DNA of 64,000 nucleotides from Clostridium sp. CAG:780 (GTDB lineage Bacteria; Bacillota; Clostridia; TANB77; CAG-508): NCBI GenBank assembly GCA_000434195.1, contig HF994471.1, positions 26,135 to 90,134 of the forward strand, read 5' to 3'. Shown piece by piece: positions 56,543 to 64,000 of this stretch (position 1 is its first letter; each line of letters starts with the position of its first letter). The notes under the pieces were generated by a model. It saw only the letters and a program-made list of their open reading frames with translations, ran no database searches and was not told where the DNA came from. The position numbers and the translations under genes were made by a program.

Positions 56543-57459
56543 TATTTTATTCCCTCCAAAATAATATTTACATTATTTTGTGCTGGTTGCAACGCATCTA
56601 GCCATTCTATATTTTCTATTTTTCTAAACCATGTTAATTGTCTTTTTGCATAGCGTCTTGTTTCCATTTTTATTTTTTCTATCATTTCTTCTTTTGTGCA
56701 ATTCCCGTTTAGATATTCTACTACTTCCTTGTAGCCTATTCCTTGCATCGAAGTTGTAAGTTTTTCTCCATATTTTTCATATAGTTTTTTTACTTCTTCT
56801 ATAAGTCCTTTTTCTATCATTATATCTACTCTTCTATTGATTCTTTCATATAATATTTCTCTTGGCATGTTTAGCGCAAACACTTTATAATCATACGGGA
56901 TGCCATTTTTTCTTGATTCAATTTCTAATTGAGTTTTTGTTTTTCCTGTTTCTTTGTAAATTTCTAAAACTCTTAGTATTCTTTTTTGATCATTTGGACT
57001 TATGTTTTTCATTGCCTCTTTGTCTATTTCTAATGCTTTGTTATACAAATATTCTAAGCCTTTTTCTTCTGCTGTTTTTTCCAATTCTGCTCTATACTCC
57101 AAGTCTGTCTCAATTTCTGGATAGTCTATACCATAAATTAACGAATTAACATATAAGCCTGTTCCCCCAACTATTATGGGCATTTTCCCTTTTTGTATTA
57201 TTTCTTCTATTGCTTGAATTGCATCTGTTTTATACTCTGACACACTGTATCTTTTAGTTGGTGCTACATTGCCTATTAAATAATGCTTTATTCCTTGCAT
57301 TTCTTCTTCATCTGGTTTTGCTGTTCCTATTTGCATTTCATCATATATTTGCATAGAATCAGCTGATACTATTTCTCCATTAATTTTCTTTGCTAGTTCT
57401 ATTGATAGGCTTGTTTTCCCACTTGCTGTCGGTCCACATATAACTATTACTTTTTGCAT
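56542..57459 (-). CDS. miaA: tRNA dimethylallyltransferase MiaA
   Basis: The P-loop ICGPTASGKT and SADSMQIYDEMQIGTAKP match MiaA. The start at 57459 has an AAGGAAGGAAA ribosome-binding site. Confidence 0.9.
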   Translation of the reverse strand: MQKVIVICGPTASGKTSLSIELAKKINGEIVSADSMQIYDEMQIGTAKPDEEEMQGIKHYLIGNVAPTKRYSVSEYKTDAIQAIEEIIQKGKMPIIVGGTGLYVNSLIYGIDYPEIETDLEYRAELEKTAEEKGLEYLYNKALEIDKEAMKNISPNDQKRILRVLEIYKETGKTKTQLEIESRKNGIPYDYKVFALNMPREILYERINRRVDIMIEKGLIEEVKKLYEKYGEKLTTSMQGIGYKEVVEYLNGNCTKEEMIEKIKMETRRYAKRQLTWFRKIENIEWLDALQPAQNNVNIILEGIK

Positions 57460-57483
57460 AACATTTCCTTCCTTGCACATTAG

Positions 57484-58059
57484 TTACATTTCATTTACGA
57501 TTTCTTCATTAAGTTTTTCACTGTTTTTTGTGTTATTTGTTTCTTCGTTGCCTGATATAAGGTTTTCTATTTCTTCATTTAAACCTATTGTATTATTTTC
57601 TTTGTTTGTTATTTCTTGATTTGATTGAGAGTTTGATTTTTTATCTTCTAATATTTTAGCTATTCCTTTTTGTATATTTCTGAAATAGCAAAATTCTCCT
57701 ATCATTAAGATTATAGCCACTATCGACATTGTCATAACTATTTTATTTAGCTTTTCCATTGTTATTTTTTTGCTTTGTTTTTTGTAAAAAGATCTTATTA
57801 GTATTGGTAATAGTATAATTGTGTTTACTGGAACAAAGCTAAATATTATCATATTTTTAGAGCTTTTCGCTACTTCTTTTGCTATTCCTATTGTGCTCAA
57901 TAAGTACACAATCAATGTTATTATATAGATTACTCCCATACTTATCATTGTATAAAACAATTTCTTTGATTTTTCAAAATCCTTGCTGAATGAGTAATAT
58001 GTCAAAAGTATTGCTACTATGTTTGCTATTAATATAAAAAGTATAATAACAGTATTCAT
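57484..58059 (-). CDS. Hypothetical membrane protein
   Basis: Four transmembrane segments and an acidic C-terminal tail. Confidence 0.4.
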   Translation of the reverse strand: MNTVIILFILIANIVAILLTYYSFSKDFEKSKKLFYTMISMGVIYIITLIVYLLSTIGIAKEVAKSSKNMIIFSFVPVNTIILLPILIRSFYKKQSKKITMEKLNKIVMTMSIVAIILMIGEFCYFRNIQKGIAKILEDKKSNSQSNQEITNKENNTIGLNEEIENLISGNEETNNTKNSEKLNEEIVNEM

Positions 58060-58080
58060 TTTTTTAGTTCCTTTCTTTAA

Positions 58081-60189
58081 CTATCTTCTTGAGAATTTCT
58101 TTTCTATATCGTTTTTAGTCATTTTTATTGCTGTTGGTCTTCCATGTGGGCAAGTGAATGGATTTGGTAATATTAACAATTTATCTAATAATTGTGTTAC
58201 CTCTTCTCTTGACAATACCATATGTGCTTTTACTGCTGCTTTACAAGCCACTGTTGCAATAAATTTTTCTTCTATTTCTTGTTTTGCAGTTCTCGCAACT
58301 GTATTTATTTCATCAAGTGCCTCTAAGAAAAGTTCTTTTGTTTCTAGATCTAATAATACATTTGGCACACCACTTAGTTTAACTGTATTCTCTCCAAATT
58401 CGTCTACAACAAATCCAGCTCTTTCAAACATTTGTCTATTGTCTCTGTATATTCCCATTTCTTTATGTGTTAAAGTTATGATGTCTGGCAATAGCATTAG
58501 TTGTGAGTCTTTTTTATCGTTGTTATAGTAATTCTTTTTTATTTGCTCATACATTATTCTTTCATGTGCTGCATGCTGATCTATGATGTATAAATCTTGT
58601 CCCATTTCTATTATTATGTATGTATTAAAAGCTATTCCTATAAATTTGTATGCTGGTTTTGCTATTTCCTCTTGTTTTTCAAATATCGAAACATTATCCG
58701 CTTTTGTTATTGGTTGTAGGTCTTCAGATGCATTCAATTCATCTTTTTCTGGTTCTTCTTGTTTTTTTACAGCTACTCCAAAGTTTTTCTCGTACATTGC
58801 TAAAAATCTTTCTTCACTTTTTGAATCAGATTCTGGTTGTACCGCTGGTTGTTCTTGACCTTGATCTACTTTTTCCTCCAGTGTTGATGGTTGCTCTATC
58901 TCATTTTTTTCTGATTGATTTGCAACATCGATCATGTTTTGCATTTTCTTTAGTCTTTCCATAACACTTTCAAAAGTTTCTTCATTGTTCTTTTCTGTTT
59001 CTGTTGGTTGTGCAATCTCTTTTCCATATTCTTCTTTCGCTTCTGTTACAGCCATCTTAGGTTGTTCTATATTTGGCTTTATTATATCTCTAAAACTTGT
59101 ATTTGATCTTATTTCATAGTTTGTATTATTCTCTATCGTCTGATTATATTTTCCTCTTTCACTGTCCAATTTTTCTATACTATTTGTATCTGCAACTAAG
59201 TCCCCTTTTGTTAGTCCGTCTCTTATTGAATGATATATTGCCTTGAATATTTTTGTTTCTTCTTGGAATCTAACTTCTAGCTTTGCTGGATGAACATTTA
59301 CGTCCACTTTTCTTGGATCCATTGTTATGTTTAAAACCAAGAATCCGTGTTTTCCTATTGTTACAAATCCCTTAAATGCTTGTTCCGCCGCTCCTGACAA
59401 TGTTTTATCTTTAACATATCTTTCATTCACAAAGAATAATTGATTACTTCTATTTGATCTTGATATAACTGGTTTTCCAATTACTCCTTTTACTAATATA
59501 TCTTCATACGTGTAGTCAATATTTATTAAGTTATCAGCAATCTCTTTGCCATAAATATTGTATATTACTGTTTTTATATCTCCATTTCCAGGAGTTTGTA
59601 TCATTATTTTTCCGGTATTTATTAATTTTATTGCTATTTCCGGATGTACTAATGCAATTCTTGCAACTACATCTTCTATATATCCAGACTCAGTGAAGTC
59701 TTTTTTTAAGAATTTGTATCTTACCGGTGTGTTATAAAATAAGTTTTCTATTGTTATACTTGTACCATTCGAACAGCCCTTTTCGTTTTTACTTAGAATT
59801 CTTCCTCCTTCTATTACAACTTCATATCCGTTCATATTATCCGCTGTTTTTGAGTCTAGTGTTACTTTTGCGATTGCCGCAATACTTGCTAAAGCCTCTC
59901 CTCTGAATCCCATAGATTTTATCTCATCTAGGTCTTCCGCACTTCTTAGCTTACTTGTTGCGTGTCTTTCGAATGCAATTTCCATATCATCTTGCATTAT
60001 TCCTTTTCCATTGTCTGTTACTCTAATATAGGAAATTCCGCCGTTTTTTATCTCTACCGTAATTGATGTAGCACCTGCATCTATTGCATTTTCCATTACT
60101 TCTTTTACTACTGATGCCGGTCTTTCGATTACTTCTCCTGCTGCTATTTTGTTAATAGTTGCATCGTCTAATAATACTATTTTTCCCAC
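58081..60189 (-). CDS. mutL: DNA mismatch repair protein MutL
   Basis: INKIAAGEVIERPASVVKEVMENAIDAG, the GHKL ATPase domain and the C-terminal dimerisation domain match MutL. It has a GTG start with a GGAAGGAAG ribosome-binding site. Confidence 0.9.
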   Translation of the reverse strand: MGKIVLLDDATINKIAAGEVIERPASVVKEVMENAIDAGATSITVEIKNGGISYIRVTDNGKGIMQDDMEIAFERHATSKLRSAEDLDEIKSMGFRGEALASIAAIAKVTLDSKTADNMNGYEVVIEGGRILSKNEKGCSNGTSITIENLFYNTPVRYKFLKKDFTESGYIEDVVARIALVHPEIAIKLINTGKIMIQTPGNGDIKTVIYNIYGKEIADNLINIDYTYEDILVKGVIGKPVISRSNRSNQLFFVNERYVKDKTLSGAAEQAFKGFVTIGKHGFLVLNITMDPRKVDVNVHPAKLEVRFQEETKIFKAIYHSIRDGLTKGDLVADTNSIEKLDSERGKYNQTIENNTNYEIRSNTSFRDIIKPNIEQPKMAVTEAKEEYGKEIAQPTETEKNNEETFESVMERLKKMQNMIDVANQSEKNEIEQPSTLEEKVDQGQEQPAVQPESDSKSEERFLAMYEKNFGVAVKKQEEPEKDELNASEDLQPITKADNVSIFEKQEEIAKPAYKFIGIAFNTYIIIEMGQDLYIIDQHAAHERIMYEQIKKNYYNNDKKDSQLMLLPDIITLTHKEMGIYRDNRQMFERAGFVVDEFGENTVKLSGVPNVLLDLETKELFLEALDEINTVARTAKQEIEEKFIATVACKAAVKAHMVLSREEVTQLLDKLLILPNPFTCPHGRPTAIKMTKNDIEKKFSRR

Positions 60190-60376
60190 TTGTAATACTT
60201 CCTTCCTATCTTTTGTCTTTTATTATTTACTGTTGATTATATCATTAATTATGTTTTTTTGTATAGTGTTTTTGAAAAATTTTGCACTTTGTAACACTTA
60301 TTTTTTATTTGAATAGTATATATCATAACGAATGAGTTATTAAGTAAATTAATCTTTTATAGGGGAGGTAATTAGT

Positions 60377-60475
60377 ATGGGAAATTGTTGTAATAGCGAA
60401 CTACTTTGGTTCATCATATTATTCCTATTGCTTTTCTGCTGTGGATGTGGAAACAGATGTTGCTGTAACAACTAA
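60377..60475 (+). CDS. Tiny Cys/Gly-rich transmembrane peptide 1 (32 aa)
   Basis: A GGGGAGG ribosome-binding site sits 8 nt upstream. The product MGNCCNSELLWFIILFLLLFCCGCGNRCCCNN fits the tiny-TM pattern: Cys/Gly ends around a hydrophobic core. Confidence 0.55.
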   Translation: MGNCCNSELLWFIILFLLLFCCGCGNRCCCNN

Positions 60476-60517
60476 TGATGCTAATAGATATGTACTTATT
60501 TAGGGAGGTGAATCATA

Positions 60518-60646
60518 ATGCCAGAGAATAATAGATGCTGTGGTGGAAACTGCGGATGTGGTTTCGGAGGAAATAGCTGTATTTGGATATTCATAATTCT
60601 TATAGTAATTTGCTGTTGCTGTGGAAATAATAATGGATGTTGCTAA
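60518..60646 (+). CDS. Tiny Cys/Gly-rich transmembrane peptide 2 (42 aa), a paralog of peptide 1
   Basis: A GGGAGGTG ribosome-binding site sits 7 nt upstream. The product is MPENNRCCGGNCGCGFGGNSCIWIFIILIVICCCCGNNNGCC. Confidence 0.55.
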   Translation: MPENNRCCGGNCGCGFGGNSCIWIFIILIVICCCCGNNNGCC

Positions 60647-60669
60647 TTTCTAATATGTTTTTTACGTAG

Positions 60670-60707
60670 AAAATTCACCTACCTTTTTGGTAAGTGAATT
60701 TTGTTTT
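60670..60707. terminator. Bidirectional terminator shared by the tiny-peptide genes (+) and spoIVB (-)
   Basis: AATTCACCTACC-ttttt-GGTAAGTGAATT-ttgtttt. Confidence 0.6.
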
Positions 60708-61932
60708 AAATACTTCTCATCTCTTTTATCATTATGTCTGCAAACACTCCATAGCCTTGTGTCGGATCATTTACAAGTACATTTGTTACAGCCCCTACGA
60801 ATTTTCCTTCTTGAATTATCGGAGCTCCGCTCATCCCTTGTATTATTCCTCCTGTTTTTTCTAACAATTCTTTATCCGTTATTTTGATCAACATGCTTTT
60901 GTTATTTTGATTGTTGTTGATATAGACTTTTTCTATTTCTATATCATATTTCTTTTTTGCAGAGTTTTCTAATTGGCATATTATTTGAGCTTTTCCCTCT
61001 TTTATTTCGTTTCTTGGAGCCACTTCCATTTCTTGCGTTAAGTCCGCTTCTAAATAATTTTTATTTTTAACCATTCCATATACACCAAAATTTGTGTTTT
61101 TATAAATTGTGCCTATTGTTTTACCCTCATCTATTGTTCCTCTAATTTCTCCTGGATAACCTTTTCTGCCTTTTGTTATTGACACAATATTTGCTGTAAC
61201 TAATTCTCCATTTGCAATATTTACAATTTCTTCTGTATCTATATCAGATATTCCATGTCCTAAAGCCATAAATAAATTTGTACTTGGTTCATAAAAAGTT
61301 AAAGTTCCAACTCCTGCTGCGGCGTCTCTCACCCATAGTCCTATTTTATATGTGTTTTTTGATTTTACTGGTGTAATATCTGTTTGCATAGTTTTGTCAT
61401 CTCTTAAATATTTGATATTTATAGTATTGCCTTTGCTATTTTCTACCTCTTTTATTAGCTCTTCTGTATTACCAACTATGTTATTGTTTATTTCCAATAT
61501 TGTATCTCCTTGTTCTATTCCAGAATTCTCATATGGCTTCTTTTTTTCGTTTTTATCTGTTTCTATTTGGCTCATTCCTACTACAAGGACTCCTTTTGTG
61601 TATAGCTTCATTCCTATTGCGTTTCCGAGCGGAACCACCATTGTTTTTGGTATTACATTCACATTTACTTCTTTTACTGGTATTGTTCCAAATAGATTTA
61701 GATTAAGGTTGTTTGTTCCTTCTGAATTAATTTTTTCTTTGTTTATATTGCTAGCCGTTAATATTGTCTTGCTATTTTTCGATGCAAGTGTAAGTCCAGT
61801 GGCAATTTTTAAATTTAGGTTTTCTCCTTCAAATATTATTATGTTGCTCGGTATTGAGTTTATTGAGCATATATATACATATGATAAAAGTAATACTAAT
61901 ACTACTGCGATTTTTGCAAAATTTTTCCTCAT
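60706..61932 (-). CDS. spoIVB: SpoIVB peptidase (S55; PDZ plus serine peptidase)
   Basis: It has a signal anchor, a PDZ domain and the catalytic-serine motif GIIQGMSGAP. The start MRKNFAKIAVV at 61932 has an AAAGGAG ribosome-binding site. Confidence 0.85.
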   Translation of the reverse strand: MRKNFAKIAVVLVLLLSYVYICSINSIPSNIIIFEGENLNLKIATGLTLASKNSKTILTASNINKEKINSEGTNNLNLNLFGTIPVKEVNVNVIPKTMVVPLGNAIGMKLYTKGVLVVGMSQIETDKNEKKKPYENSGIEQGDTILEINNNIVGNTEELIKEVENSKGNTINIKYLRDDKTMQTDITPVKSKNTYKIGLWVRDAAAGVGTLTFYEPSTNLFMALGHGISDIDTEEIVNIANGELVTANIVSITKGRKGYPGEIRGTIDEGKTIGTIYKNTNFGVYGMVKNKNYLEADLTQEMEVAPRNEIKEGKAQIICQLENSAKKKYDIEIEKVYINNNQNNKSMLIKITDKELLEKTGGIIQGMSGAPIIQEGKFVGAVTNVLVNDPTQGYGVFADIMIKEMRSI

Positions 61933-62038
61933 TACTTTTTCTCCTTTTGTGCATAATAAAAATAACAAATAAATTTTTGAAAATTTATCTGTTATTATTA
62001 TGACCAAATATATATGTTTTAAACTTACTTAATTTTCT

Positions 62039-62824
62039 TTATTGAGCTGACATGTTTGATTGATATTTTTTGATTAGCCAGTTGTAATAATTAAATGGTT
62101 CTATTGTTTTTGGTGTTTTGTAATCAATTCCATGTGTGTCAACTGTTATTTGATTTATTACTGGTGGATTTACAGGAACGTCTATTCCAGATTCTGCGTT
62201 TTTGTCCCTTGTAATAACTTCTACATTTGCTATTTGTTCTAATACATCTAGTCCTTCGATTACTTTTCCAAATCCTGCATATAAGCCATTTAGATTTTCC
62301 ATATCATTTGTAAGTATAAAGAATTCTGCTCCTGCTGAGTTATAGCCTTGAGTTGTTAAAGATGCATCTTGTCTTCCATAGTCATTTCTTTCCATTGCTA
62401 TAACGCCTTTTTGCATTTTTAAAGTATTGTTTCTATATCCATTTGCTGTAAATTCTCCTGATATTGCATATTCTGCATCATCATCTTCTGAAACATTATC
62501 TTTTATATTGCTTAGTTTTGGCATTGTCATTGAATCTGTACTTTCACTTCCAGCTTTAACAAAATAATCTGGTATTGTTTTGTTAAACTGTTTTCCATTG
62601 TAATACCCACGATTTGCAAGTGCTATAAAGTTTGTTACTGTGTTTGGTGCATATTCTGGATATAGTTCTATTTTTATTGTTCCAAAATCTTGTACTTCTA
62701 TTGTTGCAATAGGATTTTCCACTTTTTGTGTTAATTTTTTAATGTATCCTACTCCTAAAAATACTAATCCTGCTATTGCTAGTATTATCACTATTATTAA
62801 TATTACTTTTAAAAAATTTTTCAT
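62039..62824 (-). CDS. Cyclophilin-type peptidyl-prolyl cis-trans isomerase, membrane-anchored
   Basis: An N-terminal transmembrane segment is followed by the cyclophilin motifs GTIKIELYPEYAPNTVTNF and FHRVIPDF-like (NKTIPDYFVKAG). Confidence 0.75.
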   Translation of the reverse strand: MKNFLKVILIIVIILAIAGLVFLGVGYIKKLTQKVENPIATIEVQDFGTIKIELYPEYAPNTVTNFIALANRGYYNGKQFNKTIPDYFVKAGSESTDSMTMPKLSNIKDNVSEDDDAEYAISGEFTANGYRNNTLKMQKGVIAMERNDYGRQDASLTTQGYNSAGAEFFILTNDMENLNGLYAGFGKVIEGLDVLEQIANVEVITRDKNAESGIDVPVNPPVINQITVDTHGIDYKTPKTIEPFNYYNWLIKKYQSNMSAQ

Positions 62825-62845
62825 TATTTATTCCTTACCTTTCAT

Positions 62846-63919
62846 TTATATAATTTCATTATCAAACACAAACTGCTCTTGCATTCTTCTTAATGATTGT
62901 TTTATTGTTCTTGCTCTAACTTCTCCTATTCCATCAACTTCATCTAGTTGTGGGATATCGGCCGCTAAAATATGTTGGAAAGATTTGAATGACTTAACTA
63001 GGTTTTCTACAATGCTTGATGGCATTCTTGGTATTTTATTTAGTACCCTATATCCTTTGGTGTAAACTCCAACTTCATCATAATTATCGAAGTCCTCATA
63101 TCCAAGTAATTTTGCAATTACTTGTGATTTCATTAATTCTTCATATGATAGTTTTCGTATTTCTTCTAATACTTTATCTGGACTTCTCCTTCTACTTACC
63201 ACCATATAATCTTTAATCATTAAAAGTTCTTCTGTCTCTAAGTCTCCCACTAATTCTTCTAATTGCATTTCTAGTAATCTTCCGTCTTCTCCAAGTTCAT
63301 ATATTGCTTTTTGAACTTCATCAACCACATTCATTACCATTTCTGCTCTTTGTATCGCTACTATTACGTTTTCCAGTGTTACTATATCGTTAAATTCATA
63401 TTCATTTAGAAGATTTAATTTTCTGTCAAATACTTTCATGTATTTTTCAACTGTTTGTAAAGCTTGGTTTGCCTTTGTTATTACTTGAGCTGTATCTTCT
63501 AATACATATCTATTATTTCCTTTAAATATTGTTATTATATTTCTTCTCTGAGATATGCTTATAACCAAATCTCCTGTCTGTTTTGCTGTTCTTTCTGCTG
63601 TTCTGTGTCTTGTTCCTGTTTCTACTGTCTGAATTGATGATGAAGGAATTAACTGTGCATTTGCAAATAAGATTTTCTTAAAGTCTGAGCTTATTACTAT
63701 TGCCCCATCCATTTTCGCAAGCTCATAAAGTCTAGCCGGCGAATATTCCACATTTATGTTAAATCCTCCGTCTACAATATCCATTACTTCTTTTCCGTCG
63801 CCTATTACAATAAGTCCTCCAGTTTTAGCTTTTAAAATGTTTTCTAAACCTTCTCTTATCTGAGTTCCTGGAGCTATTGTTTTTAGCACCTCAATAATTT
63901 CGTTATTGCTCGTTGCCAA
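62846..63919 (-). CDS. disA: DNA integrity scanning protein DisA (diadenylate cyclase)
   Basis: The DAC domain (DGAIVIS, TGTRHRTAER), a linker and a C-terminal HhH domain. It has a TTG start with a GGGAGG ribosome-binding site. Confidence 0.85.
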   Translation of the reverse strand: MATSNNEIIEVLKTIAPGTQIREGLENILKAKTGGLIVIGDGKEVMDIVDGGFNINVEYSPARLYELAKMDGAIVISSDFKKILFANAQLIPSSSIQTVETGTRHRTAERTAKQTGDLVISISQRRNIITIFKGNNRYVLEDTAQVITKANQALQTVEKYMKVFDRKLNLLNEYEFNDIVTLENVIVAIQRAEMVMNVVDEVQKAIYELGEDGRLLEMQLEELVGDLETEELLMIKDYMVVSRRRSPDKVLEEIRKLSYEELMKSQVIAKLLGYEDFDNYDEVGVYTKGYRVLNKIPRMPSSIVENLVKSFKSFQHILAADIPQLDEVDGIGEVRARTIKQSLRRMQEQFVFDNEII

Positions 63920-63950
63920 TGTTCATTCCTCCCTCGTCCCTGTTGGGCGA

Positions 63951-64000
63951 TTATTTTAAACCTATTTTTTGCAAGGCTTCATTTATTGTCCTAATACCTA
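63951..64000 (-). CDS. radA: Probable C-terminal end of RadA/Sms (only about 16 codons inside the window)
   Basis: The minus-strand frame ends ...GIRTINEALQKIGLK-stop just upstream of disA. The call rests on conserved radA-disA synteny only. Confidence 0.25.
   Translation of the reverse strand, partial: GIRTINEALQKIGLK

Noticed and set aside
1-64000. CRISPR arrays, rRNA genes, IS elements with terminal inverted repeats
   Set aside because: No regularly spaced short repeats, no rRNA-like conserved stretches and no transposase ORFs were found on either strand.

Overview
This is an AT-rich (about 27-28 % GC) chromosomal segment of a low-GC, spore-forming Firmicute, probably a Clostridium-like organism. 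Almost all genes are on the minus strand and most have clear GGAGG-type ribosome-binding sites.

Housekeeping genes I am confident about: recN, tRNA-Glu(CUC), mrnC, rbgA, tag, ruvX, ireB, mutS, miaB, rpmE, truA, cdaA, ftsK, rsmD, divIVA, sepF, miaA, mutL, spoIVB, disA, a GH3 beta-glucosidase and a GH15 glucoamylase-like gene.

The most striking feature is a roughly 12 kb minus-strand operon (30764-42705) with Tad/type-IVb-pilus-like secretion components: CpaB-like, two degenerate CpaE/TadZ-like proteins, a membrane-anchored CpaF/TadA ATPase and a fused TadB-TadC platform. These are followed by four paralogous N-terminally anchored proteins sharing a non-canonical conserved N-terminus (MEN-A/M-S/T-K-A-L plus a hydrophobic helix). 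There is no prepilin peptidase and no Flp/TadE G/xxxxEY motif. I think this is a candidate atypical or undescribed type-IV-filament-like system.

Other notable items:
- A divergent Spo0A-paralog response regulator next to an AgrC-like membrane histidine kinase, flanked by phased TTTTGT arrays and a perfect 0A box.
- A tandem pair of tiny Cys/Gly-rich transmembrane peptides between mutL and spoIVB.
- A GC-rich (about 40-45 %), horizontally acquired family-2 glycosyltransferase with its own consensus promoter.
- A decayed mobile-element remnant: a truncated large serine recombinase, an ASCH-kinase fusion and a KilA-N gene carrying an 81-bp tandem repeat.
- A giant 832-aa protein with TadZ-like architecture and AT-hooks.

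No CRISPR array or rRNA gene is present.
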